Source of the DNA: Schmidtea polychroa
Lineage: Eukaryota
Reading direction: 5' to 3'
NCBI GenBank assembly: GCA_044892525.1
Contig: CM097888.1
Location: forward strand, 39,184,001-39,248,000
DNA: 64,000 bases
Shown here: positions 1 to 10,185 of the stretch, one piece after another
Position numbering within the stretch: the stretch's first letter is position 1
Layout of the letters: the number at the start of each line of letters is the position of its first letter
Program-made: the position numbers and the translations under genes
Notes under the pieces: generated by a model
Told to the model about the DNA's origin: nothing
Database searches by the model: none
What the model saw: only the letters and a program-made list of their open reading frames with translations

Positions 1-2077
1 TGTGGTTTTTACGAGTTTTGAAAATTACAAATGTTTCTATTTTGATTATTTTATAAATGAATGTAAGTATTTTATAATTATTGTCAAATAATATGAAATA
101 GTATCTAAATAATAGCTTGTGACTAGTAATGTAATTCAATGGATTGCAGTACTTATTGAATTTGCTTATTAAAATATGTTCCCAAATGGGAACATCAGAC
201 TGATAGACTAAAAATTGTTTGCGGATATTCTAAAAATAAAAAATATTTTATTTTTAGCTAACCTCAGTATAATGACTTCGCGAAGATTTCTTACTTTGGA
301 ACAACTTGAACAGTGCTTAGAGGAAGTTTTTTCTGAATATTTATCGCAGAATGAGCCAATTGATGTTGTTCAGTTACCTCCCAGACTTGACGAGTTGACA
401 GATTGTGAGGACATTGATGACGATATACTGGTAGAACATGAGTCACCAAGAGAGGTTTCAGGTGAAGTTGAACTGCACTACAGAAACCGAGAATGAAGTA
501 CTGTCAGAAGAAATGTCACTTCCTAATAAAAAGTATTGTACGACAAACAGCTTTGTAGTTCACAATCCAGTATAGAAAAAACGGATGCAGTCTATACAAA
601 CAAAGGTATTATGTGATAGTGACAGATGTGAAGTGCTAAAAGCAAATTTCAAAACGAAATTTCAAAATCTAGATCCTCACGAAATTTTTTAACACTTCTT
701 TGACCAATCTCTGATTGAGAAAATAGCTGATGAAAATATTCGCTATGCACACCAAAAAAATTAACATGATTACTCTCTCGATCCTAGTTGTGTACATAAA
801 TTCTTGGGTATTTTAATATTTACGTGCTATCTTTTCTTACCACAAGAAAAAATGTACTGATCGGAAGATGATATTGATTTACGAATAATACGAAATTGCA
901 TGCCTCGTAACAGATATTTATAAAAAAGGTATCTTCATTTCAATAATAATGATGAGATAAAAGAAAACAGTGATAAAACCTTCAAATTAAAGCCTCTTGG
1001 ACCAAATAAATGAAAACTTTTTGAAAGTGAAAATATTTTCTAACAAGTTATCCATAGACGATCAAATGGTTCGTTACTATGGTGGTCTCTTCTTGAAACA
1101 GTTTATTAGAGGAAAGCCTATACGATTTGGTTTGAAGCAATGGATAATGGCTTGTGCTACCACGGGATATTGCAATCAATTGAAATTGTACACAGGTAAG
1201 AAGGATCCCTTGGCAAAAGATTTGACAGGACTCGGAGAAAAAGTTATAACATCAATGGTGCGTTTACTGGAGTACCCAGAGGATTACGTATTATTCTTCG
1301 ATAACTATTCAGCTAAAAGGCTGAATAAATGTCCCCTAAAAAAGACGAAGTCATGAAAAAGGAAATTCGAGGAACATATGACTATAGATTTGATAAGAAT
1401 GAAATATTGGCTCTGACCTGGAAGAACAAACCATGAAACCATACACCCCTTAGTCACAGTTCAAAGATGCAAGGCTGAAATGAAAAAAAGTGATGTTCAA
1501 CAGCCTTGTGTTATTTCTCAATATAACAAGTACATGGGTGGTGTGGACAAATTAAACTGGCATGTCAATAAATATAATGTAAAAATTAGAGGCAAAAAAT
1601 GGTACTTCAGACTTTTTACTAATGCATTGATGTAATTGATGTAGTGATGTTCAATGCCATATACAATATGTATCATGATTGAATTTCTTATCTTGATTTT
1701 ATTCAGAAAGTGGCAAGAAAATACTTGAGCTTGTCATCGGACTTATCTGATCCTAAATTATATATTAGCCACGTCTTAGAACGGACTCCGGATGGTAAGC
1801 AGAGCAGGTGTGTTGTTTGTAAAAAACGCTAGAAAACAGTGTCCTTTGCCAATGAGTCATGTATATAGATTGTTTTACCGAATATCATAACTCAATTATG
1901 TAGATTTTTATGTTGTAAGTCCAAATGTTCCCATTTGAGAACAAACGTAAAAACGAAATACTTGCAGTTTTATTTGGTTAAATACTTTTTATATTATTTT
2001 TATGTGCTCCGTATTATATACATTCTGTAAAAAATATGTCTAACAAAACAGAAAAAAGTTGGTACTTAATGGGTTAA
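1..2077 (+). mobile_element. Decayed piggyBac DNA transposon (left end outside window)
   Basis: Right end GGG|TTAA at 2071-2077; internal inverted repeats TGTTCCCAAATGGGAACA (177-194) and TGTTCCCATTTGAGAACA (1926-1943) bracket the transposase remnants. Confidence 0.85.
271..1890 (+). pseudogene. piggyBac (PGBD-like) transposase pseudogene
   Basis: Fragments in several frames: acidic N-terminus (PPRLDELTDCED), SIDDQMV...KQFIRGKPIRFG, LFFDNY, YNKYMGGVD (~1522-1548) and a C-terminal RCVVCK. Many stops and frameshifts. Confidence 0.85.
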
Positions 2078-2139
2078 TAGTGATATTTGTAAAGATAATA
2101 TTAATAATTAATGTTTATAACTGTATTTTTATGAATCAT

Positions 2140-2440
2140 AAATGGGACGTTGGAAAGACGGAATTAAAAATGAAATACTTACTAAAGGTAGTCCAATTGT
2201 AAACAACCCTAAACAACAACTAGTGCATTTAATAAGATTGAATAAAATATTCAAGAAATATTGAAAAAGGTATTATTTCAGAATGCACATCACCTTGGAA
2301 TTCACCATTACTGTGGATTAAAAAGAAAACAGTAGTGATATAAGAATATGTTTGGATTATCGTGCTTTGAAAAATGTAACAGAACGACCAATCTTCTAGA
2401 GTCCAAATACCGAAAAATTACTAGAAGTTCTAGATGGATA
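2140..2440 (+). pseudogene. Ty3/Gypsy reverse-transcriptase fragment
   Basis: Broken translation KGIISECTSPWNSPLLWIKK...IRICLDYRALKNVT, the N-terminal RT motifs of Gypsy pol; a diverged relative of the intact element downstream. Confidence 0.75.
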
Positions 2441-3496
2441 AATATAGTGTAGAAAATATTTTGTTATATAATTTACGAACGTTTCCTAATAAAATAAAAA
2501 TACTTTAAAAGAATAGAAAAGTATGTACAGTATATCAAAGTGGATTTAACACAAGTTGAATCTGCTTTTAGTCGCAAGGACATACTTGATCTGATTTGAA
2601 ATTCAAAAAAAGAATTACGGATGATATCGGTCATGGACTCGATTGAAATGTTGGAAAGTTATAGCATTAACTAGAAAACGGAAAAAAATATTATTGTAAA
2701 ACCCGTGTGCATTCAATATTAAAAAATTCATGAAAGAAGTTGAATTGAAACATTCTATAATGAAGATAAATATCAGATCGACACCCCACCGGTTTGTTTT
2801 AAAGTTTATTTTTGTTTAATAATTTCAATTGACTTTAGGCGATTCGAATTGCTTGAATGATTTGGTCGTCAATCAACAAATTTCAATGAATAAATTTCAA
2901 GAGTCTTCGTCAATTAGAAAGTCTATTTGGTATAAATTTAGTGTAGAAAATATAAATCCAATTAAAAAGTTACATAACTGAAATTATTTGAATCAACAAT
3001 AAAATTCTCAGTTTGAAACATCGCAAATAACCATATTTCCTTCAAATATTTGTTGTTTCACTTATGAGATTTGATACATTAATGTTCATAAAGACAAATA
3101 AAAAATAAAAAAGTATTTAATAAAATATCACATTTAAGAAAAATGAAACTTGTTTTGGAACTTAGTATAATAATAATAATAATGAAAATAAAATCCGTTT
3201 TAATCTATTCGACTATAAAATACATCTGGCCATAACAAATAATTCCATTTAAAAATTTTATTTAAATGTAGCATCTTGCAAAATATGATAAGTTAAAAGT
3301 GGAAATACAACAGAATAATAATGTTTTATATGATTGAATAGAATGTAATTTATTAAAAAGTACCTTTTTACTGGATAATTTGTGCATAAAAGTAAACATT
3401 GTACAGAAATTAAAGAATATTAAAAAAATAATATTCACTACATTTTAAATTAAATTTCAATTCAGTCACTTAAATAAAACAAACGAATAAATAACG

Positions 3497-3498
<2 letters not shown>

Positions 3499-3532
<34 letters not shown>
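3499..3532. repeat. (TA)n microsatellite
   Basis: Perfect TA run. Confidence 0.95.
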
Positions 3533-3535
<3 letters not shown>

Positions 3536-3579
3536 AACAAATTCATTTTCAAATTTCAGATTATTGGATATTTTTATGC

Positions 3580-3731
3580 AGTTAGATATCTGTTTGTTTA
3601 AATAATTTGGAATTGGCGGTTTTGCGAATTAATTAAAACTTGTTATTTAGAAATTCTTTGATTAAATATATATTGTTAGTTTCGAGATTTTTGCTGCAAA
3701 TTTAAAGATGGATCTAAAGATGGATTTAACT
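3580..3731 (+). repeat. 5' LTR
   Basis: Identical by eye to 8132-8283. Confidence 0.97.
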
Positions 3732-5015
3732 GGCGACCACGCCGAAAATCAAAATATCAACGCCATTTCAAAATCGACAAAATCGCTAATGGAATGCCTA
3801 CCGAAATCATGCCAAGACATGCTCACATTGAACATCAGACGATATGATGGACGAGGTTTAAAAGAAGCCGAAGAATGGATCAGGGATATAGAAGAATGGT
3901 TGCTGACAAATGGACAGCGATTGACAAGCACTTTCGATGTGTTATTAGTGGCAGAAGCAAAGACATTGTGGGGAAACGTCAGAGAAACAGAAACAACAGA
4001 TGTAAAAGCCAAAGCGTGGTTCTTAAATACGTTCACAATTACAAAATCAATAACTGACAAAATCAGAGAATTGGCAGCTATGGAACAGGAAGATGATGAA
4101 AGGTTTGCAGCTTTTGAAATACGGCTAAGGAAAGCTTTAGCTGAAGTTATAAATTCAGGACGATCAGAAGAAGATATTGTTCAAGATCTCATCGCAAATA
4201 AAGCACGCGATGCGAGACTGAGAGAGATACTATTGACGAAACCAGAAACAAAAATTGAAGAAACGAGATCATTGGCGAAAATTTTTGAAAGTAACAAAAA
4301 TGGAAACCATAAAACAGAATTTATTAAAGCAATCGGTCAAAGAACATACGCTAGCGTGACTGAGGGAGGGAAGATGAGAATTCAAAAGAATACCCAAGAT
4401 CCCATGCATACATCATCACGAAGAAGACTACCAGAGGACCAATTTAGTCACCACAGATCAAGAAGAGACGAACATCCTATACGCGGACCAATACAATACG
4501 AAGGAAATAACCATGGTCGTCGAGAACAATCTCTAAGACAACAATTCTTGAGAAATGCGAGAATCCCGAATAGCTCAGAAAGGAAGCTGCCAACAATATC
4601 CATGAAGAATATTGCAAGGAGGCTGTACAATGAAAGTAGGGGACTACCACAAGCATCGGTCCCAAAATTAACGGTAGGTGATTGTTTTTGCTGTGGCGAA
4701 AGGGGACATAGAAGGTATGAGTGTCCACTGGGAAATAAATGTCTGATATGTGGCAAGGAAGGACACGGGTTCCGAGATTGTTTTTCGTTACGGAAAGATG
4801 TTCCACAACGATATCAAAGAATAGCGTGCATAGAAGAAGAAGATTCAAAATCTGAAACAAGAGATTACACCGAGAACAGCCAGGATTTCAGAATGGATCA
4901 CAGCAATATGGAAGATAGATACAATGTCCCTGAGAAATATACTATATTGAGAGAAGACGGAAAAAACATCAGCGACTCCATGGGTTTCATTTCGTCGGTG
5001 GAGTCAAGACAATAA
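3708..5015 (+). CDS. gag: Gag with two CCHC zinc knuckles
   Basis: 435-aa ORF; CFCCGERGHRRYEC and CLICGKEGHGFRDC. Confidence 0.93.
   Translation: MDLKMDLTGDHAENQNINAISKSTKSLMECLPKSCQDMLTLNIRRYDGRGLKEAEEWIRDIEEWLLTNGQRLTSTFDVLLVAEAKTLWGNVRETETTDVKAKAWFLNTFTITKSITDKIRELAAMEQEDDERFAAFEIRLRKALAEVINSGRSEEDIVQDLIANKARDARLREILLTKPETKIEETRSLAKIFESNKNGNHKTEFIKAIGQRTYASVTEGGKMRIQKNTQDPMHTSSRRRLPEDQFSHHRSRRDEHPIRGPIQYEGNNHGRREQSLRQQFLRNARIPNSSERKLPTISMKNIARRLYNESRGLPQASVPKLTVGDCFCCGERGHRRYECPLGNKCLICGKEGHGFRDCFSLRKDVPQRYQRIACIEEEDSKSETRDYTENSQDFRMDHSNMEDRYNVPEKYTILREDGKNISDSMGFISSVESRQ
3731..3741 (+). promoter_or_regulatory. Primer-binding site TGGCGACCACG
   Basis: Overlaps the last LTR base. Complementary to a tRNA 3' end ...CGUGGUCGCCA; tRNA-Arg assignment is from memory, unchecked. 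Confidence 0.85.
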
Positions 5016-8000
5016 ATTGTGAAATAGGAAATGAACAACGAAGAGACGAGGCAGAAGAAGAGATGTACCAGACGAAAGATGGAAGAAATTGGAGTAAAAT
5101 AATGTTGAATAATGCCGAAACAGAGATGTTATGGGATTCTGGAGCATCAGTAACAGTTATGAGCAAGAATTTGTGGGAGAAAATAGGCAAACCAGAACTT
5201 AAACGTTGTATGATATTATTGTGCGGAGTTTTTTCAACTGGAGGTGAAGAAGCAATGGGATACATGACTATACCGGCCACGTGGAATCAGAAGACCAAAA
5301 TGATCACAGTAGTAGTGGTAAAAGAGATCAAACCCGAATTCATAGGGGGCATTGATACAATGAAAGAGTTTGGAGTAAAGTTAATGAAAATCAATAATAT
5401 AGAAACGTCATTGATAAACAAAATTTACACTGATGAAGAAAGAATAAATAAAGCACTAGTGGCGATGGCAGGTGAGAATAATAAAGATATTGAAGGAATG
5501 ATCAGGGAATTCGGCGGAATTTTTATGGCATCGAAATTCGATCTGGGATTTACAAACTTAGTTCGACATGAGATGCGGATAACAGGAGGCCCAATAATGC
5601 AACATCCTCGACGTCAACCAATGCACATGGAGAAAAAGATTGAAGAACTGATAAAAGAGTTAATGAAAGCAAATGTTATTCGGTGTTGCAAGAGTCCTTG
5701 GAATGCCCCGTTAGTGATAGTAGGGAAGAAAGATGGATCTATCAGGATGTGTGTAGATTATCGTGGATTAAATTCCATAACAGAAAAAGAGTCATTTCCG
5801 ATGCCTAACACCAAATTCTTACTAGACTGTCTCGCGAATGCAAAAATATTTTCGTCAATCGATTTAGGTCAGGCGTATTATCAAGTGGAGTTAGCTCCAG
5901 AAATTCAAGAGATGACTGCATTCAGTACAAGAGAAGGACAATTTTGCTTCAATAGACTACCATTTGGCTTAGCAACAGCTCCTGCGACATTCCAGAGACT
6001 GATGCACACAGTGCTAGAAGGAATGCTATTCAAGGGAGTAGTAGTTTATCTAGATGATATCTTGGTATATGGTAAAAGTCAAAAAGACCACGATGAGCTA
6101 TTAAGGGAAATATTCAGAAGAATTCAAGTGGCAGGACTGAAGATAAATCCAGAAAAATGCAAATTCAATAAAACAGAATTGTGTTTCCTTGGTCACACAA
6201 TTAACGAGAAGGGTATCCAGACAAACAGGAAGAAAGTGGAAGAGATCGAGAAAGCAGAAGTACCAAAATGTTCAAAACAATTGAGATCGTTTCTCGGATT
6301 AACGAACTACTATAGAAGATTCATCAAAGACTATGCCAAAATCGCCGAACCATTATACGCTGCAACATCTGGATGCGATAAAGATATAAATTGGACTAAA
6401 GAATGCAATGAGAGCTTCCAAACTCTGAAGAGACGGTTGTGCGAAGCACCTATCCTTGATTTTCCAAGAGAAGATAGGACTTTTATCTTAGACACAGACG
6501 CTAGTTTTGGAGCCATTGGTGCAGTTTTGAGTCAAATTACAGAAGATGGAGAAGAATCTGTCATAGCTTATGGCTCGAGACATATGTCATCACATGAAAA
6601 GGGATACTGTGTAACCAGGAAAGAACTGCTCGCCGTACATGAATACGTCATGCATTTTAGAGAATATCTGTACGGAAAAAAATTCATAATTCGCACCGAC
6701 CACAAGGCATTGGTTTTCATGAACACTACAAAAACGCCAATCAGTCCGCAGTTCCAAACATGGTTAGCTAACCTGTCGGAATATGATTTTGAACTAAAAT
6801 ATCGGAAAGGAGAAGAACACTCGAATGCAGATGGACTATCAAGATTAAAAAGTATGATTTGCACCCAGTGTCAAACAAGACATGAAGAAGCTAAGCAAGG
6901 AAAATCAAAGATTAGATATATATATACTATCCAAAGAACAGAAGCTATGGAAAAAGTATGGGAACAACAACAAAAGGACATTCGGTTTCAAGAGCTGCGA
7001 GAGATATTGGAAAATGGATGTACACGGGAGAAAAAGAATTGTTTTCCTTTTAACGTAAAAAATACACGAATTGATGGAGGATTAATAACAGTAGAAAAGA
7101 ACAAAAATATCTTAATGTTAGTCCCAGAAACATTTGCAGGCCTGTTAACAACAACACTACATGAAGAACTATGTCACATTGGAGTTAAGAAATTATTTCA
7201 TTATATGGAAAAGATATTTTATTGGCCGAAAATGCAAGAAACAATCCAACTCTGTTTACGATGTTGCGAGATCTGCGCTAAGAGAAAGATCGATCAGACA
7301 AGAACCAAGGAAACATTTATTCCTAGATATAGCTCTGAATTCCTAGAACAGATTGTTTTAGATGTGGCTTACATGGAAATAAACGCCATGAAAAAATATA
7401 TGGTAGTAATGGTGGACCGTTTTAGCAAACTGATTTCTTTAACTGCAATCACAAAGCAAGACGAAGGGACCATTTTCAAAACAATACTTAATAGTTGGAT
7501 CTATCGATTTGGAAAACCAAAGAGCATTTTAACAGATAGAGGCCGAAATTTCGAAGGGAATTTCCTAAGACAGAAGCTACAGAAACTTGGAATCAAACAG
7601 GAATTCAGCTCACCTTATCAGCACCAATCAAATCGTTTAGCCGAAAGAGCCATACGAACGATAAGAGATCTTATTACAGCAACATTGGCAGGCGGATGTG
7701 AAGAGAGAAACTGGCACGAACTTCTACCCAGAATAGAGTTCTCTATAAATAGCAGTCGACAAAGTGCTACAGGTTTATCACCATTTGAGATAATCTATGG
7801 ACGGAGTGTTAGCCTACACTCTAACCTGAAACAAGCCGAGATATCAAGAAGCGAAAGAATCGAAGACGCGAGATTTAATTCGAGTAAAGCCGCAAACACT
7901 ATGAGAGCCATGGATAAGACAAAGAGGGGCACTCGTGTTTTCGAGGTGGGGGAGGAGGTACTCGTACGTAAAGAGCCGCAGAACAGGCACAAGGATGGTA

Positions 8001-8122
8001 TGCAATACGATGGCCCATATAAAATCGCCAGATTTCTATCACCTCATCGAGTCGAACTACATTCACAAGAAGGAACGAAAGAAAGAAGAATCGAGTGGCT
8101 GAAGAAGTGGAAAAATTCTTAA
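4934..8122 (+). CDS. pol: Pol polyprotein (protease, RT, RNase H, integrase)
   Basis: LWDSGAS protease; YLDD RT; DTDAS RNase H; HEELCH...CEIC zinc finger; LDV/TDRG/ERAIR DDE; GPY motif. No stops from 4934 to 8122. Confidence 0.96.
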   Translation, partial: EIYYIERRRKKHQRLHGFHFVGGVKTINCEIGNEQRRDEAEEEMYQTKDGRNWSKIMLNNAETEMLWDSGASVTVMSKNLWEKIGKPELKRCMILLCGVFSTGGEEAMGYMTIPATWNQKTKMITVVVVKEIKPEFIGGIDTMKEFGVKLMKINNIETSLINKIYTDEERINKALVAMAGENNKDIEGMIREFGGIFMASKFDLGFTNLVRHEMRITGGPIMQHPRRQPMHMEKKIEELIKELMKANVIRCCKSPWNAPLVIVGKKDGSIRMCVDYRGLNSITEKESFPMPNTKFLLDCLANAKIFSSIDLGQAYYQVELAPEIQEMTAFSTREGQFCFNRLPFGLATAPATFQRLMHTVLEGMLFKGVVVYLDDILVYGKSQKDHDELLREIFRRIQVAGLKINPEKCKFNKTELCFLGHTINEKGIQTNRKKVEEIEKAEVPKCSKQLRSFLGLTNYYRRFIKDYAKIAEPLYAATSGCDKDINWTKECNESFQTLKRRLCEAPILDFPREDRTFILDTDASFGAIGAVLSQITEDGEESVIAYGSRHMSSHEKGYCVTRKELLAVHEYVMHFREYLYGKKFIIRTDHKALVFMNTTKTPISPQFQTWLANLSEYDFELKYRKGEEHSNADGLSRLKSMICTQCQTRHEEAKQGKSKIRYIYTIQRTEAMEKVWEQQQKDIRFQELREILENGCTREKKNCFPFNVKNTRIDGGLITVEKNKNILMLVPETFAGLLTTTLHEELCHIGVKKLFHYMEKIFYWPKMQETIQLCLRCCEICAKRKIDQTRTKETFIPRYSSEFLEQIVLDVAYMEINAMKKYMVVMVDRFSKLISLTAITKQDEGTIFKTILNSWIYRFGKPKSILTDRGRNFEGNFLRQKLQKLGIKQEFSSPYQHQSNRLAERAIRTIRDLITATLAGGCEERNWHELLPRIEFSINSSRQSATGLSPFEIIYGRSVSLHSNLKQAEISRSERIEDARFNSSKAANTMRAMDKTKRGTRVFEVGEEVLVRKEPQNRHKDGMQYDGPYKIARFLSPHRVELHSQEGTKERRIEWLKKWKNS
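4961..5035 (+). promoter_or_regulatory. -1 programmed ribosomal frameshift signal
   Basis: A AAA AAC in the gag frame (4961-4967), 6-nt spacer, stem GACTCCA/TGGAGTC. The pol frame is -1 and open from 4934. Confidence 0.8.
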
Positions 8123-8131
8123 GAAGGGGAG
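8121..8131 (+). promoter_or_regulatory. Polypurine tract
   Basis: AAGAAGGGGAG abutting the 3' LTR. Confidence 0.9.
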
Positions 8132-8283
8132 AGTTAGATATCTGTTTGTTTAAATAATTTGGAATTGGCGGTTTTGCGAATTAATTAAAACTTGTTATTT
8201 AGAAATTCTTTGATTAAATATATATTGTTAGTTTCGAGATTTTTGCTGCAAATTTAAAGATGGATCTAAAGATGGATTTAACT
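8132..8283 (+). repeat. 3' LTR
   Basis: Identical to the 5' LTR and followed by TSD TATGC. Confidence 0.97.
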
Positions 8284-8347
8284 TATGCTTTTGTTGGAAA
8301 ATTATTTTTTATATTTATAAATTAAATTTTTTATATTTATAAATTAT

Positions 8348-8450
8348 AAATTAATAAAAAGAGCTTGAAGACTATAAATCAATAATATATAAAAAATATC
8401 TATATTATTACTGATTATTACTGATATTATTACTGCTCTTTTTAATAAAT
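8348..8450. repeat. Truncated copy of the 10.6-kb foldback family
   Basis: TAAAAAGAGCTTGAAGACTATAAATCAATAATATAT matches the arm at 10607-10643; ends in CTCTTTTTAATAAA. Confidence 0.65.
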
Positions 8451-10052
8451 TCAATGGAAAAAAATCAGTGGTGAAATTGGAAAAAAAGTTTTTTTTATAA
8501 ATTAAATATTTTGCTGCATTAGTTTGGCTTTTGATTTACTTTTTAACATTAAATTAATAAACCATCATTTTCTAAATTATTTTCAGTTGATTAACATTGC
8601 CAATAAAATATATTTGATCAAATAATACAATTATTGAATACAAAATATTTAGAGTATTTAACTGTTTTACGACTTCGGTTGTCTTGTATAGTTGGTTTAG
8701 GCGTATTTAGATGCGAAAAGAAACGAGTTTTAAACGAAAGAGAAAACGCGAATAAATATAATACTTGCCTTTATTTGAGGGGAGGAGTCCAAAAATGTAC
8801 ATCCATATAGAATGAAACCGACTAAGTACTGGAAAGTCTTGCAATAATGCTAAGATATGGCGATATACCTTTGATTTTGAGTATGGATGGCATTGCTGAC
8901 ACTACATCTGGATGTTTTTGTCGTCTTATTCCATGTTTGAAATCGATATCAATATTATAGAATTTCGATTTTTGGATAAGCAAAATCGTGAATCATTTGA
9001 AAGATTGATTTTTACTGAGAGTGAGTGGTAAAATTAATTTTCGGTTTTTCATTATTAATTCATCTTCTTTATGTTTCGTCTCTTCTTTCTGCTTAACGAC
9101 ACGTGTAATTTTTTTATGAAACTAATTGATAATACATCAACTATATGGTTTTAGTTCCAAGGCAGTAGACTTTCTTCTACTGAAATTAGAGAATATATTG
9201 GAGATGTCTCTACAAAAATTGGCTTTCCGTAAATGTAGTAATTCTCTATTTCAGATAATATATGTGTAGGCACGAACAAAATTTTTCAGAGCAAAACATT
9301 GCTCTATGGATAAAAAAGTAATGCACTCAACATTTGAAAATAAATACCCTTATTTTTTAACTTTGAAAAGTATAAAACGATTTTTTTCAGGAAGTCACCA
9401 TTAGGCATTTAGGTACAATAAGTTTCTTGTCATTCGCAATATCCCCGACGTGAATAGTGGATAAATCTCTAGTATTAAAAGTTCTATGTGAATAGGACAG
9501 TCAGGCAAGCAAGTCTTTTCACCTTTGTTCCTTGATCATTATTTTTGTATATTGTGACTTCTACAGTTCATTTATTAGCCAGATCAGAAAAGCAACTTAC
9601 GAAATAAAATTGAAAATATAAAACATCGGCTTTAACAATTAATATCGTTAATTTAAAAATTGAACTAAATTAATTAATAAAAACAATTGCAAATTTTTAT
9701 TTCATTTAATAGTAGAAAGTTTACTAAAATATCATTGAGCCAAATGGCATCGAGAGATAAGTTAAATGAAAGATAAAATTCGTCATGAAATACCCAAAAG
9801 TAATCTATATACATTATAATACTGTCAGAACCAATTTGAGTGTTTTGTATGACAATTAAAACAAATGACAATATATTCAACATGCCAAATTAATAAATTC
9901 AAAATAGCTTCAACTACTTTCATCTGGTCAGCATAAAATTCTAGTGAACATGGAAATGAATAAAACCGAAACAAATGCATTTATGCGTCTAAAATAATGT
10001 AAAAACAGAAACTCAATACTGTAAATGTTCATAAAATCGATAAAGAAGACGT

Positions 10053-10185
10053 TTAATAAGGTGAAAATCTTTGATTAGATCTATAAATAGAAGGAGAGGC
10101 GATCCCAGTAAATCCGTACGCTCCCGCCGCTGCAAGTCGGGACAGAGAATCGACTGTTAGCAGGTTGTTAGCATAATCTGCATAT
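10053..10185 (-). CDS. RBFOX1: Rbfox last coding exon
   Basis: YADYANNLL...[12 protein letters not shown], matching the Rbfox RFxPY terminus; TTCAG acceptor. Confidence 0.92.

Larger units (their letters stand above)
3580..8283 (+). mobile_element. Full-length Ty3/Gypsy LTR retrotransposon, 4704 bp, recent insertion
   Basis: Two identical 152-bp LTRs (AGTTA...TAACT), 5-bp TSD TATGC (3575-3579, 8284-8288), PBS, PPT, uninterrupted gag and pol with PR-RT-RH-IN order. Confidence 0.98.

Noticed and set aside
3749-7992. Antisense and alternate-frame ORFs within gag/pol (likewise within the hAT and RLE ORFs)
   Set aside because: Short shadows of long coding frames, with no independent signals.
8650-9600. 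Possible transposase relics (also ~11320-11800)
   Set aside because: Too degraded to assign to a family by eye.
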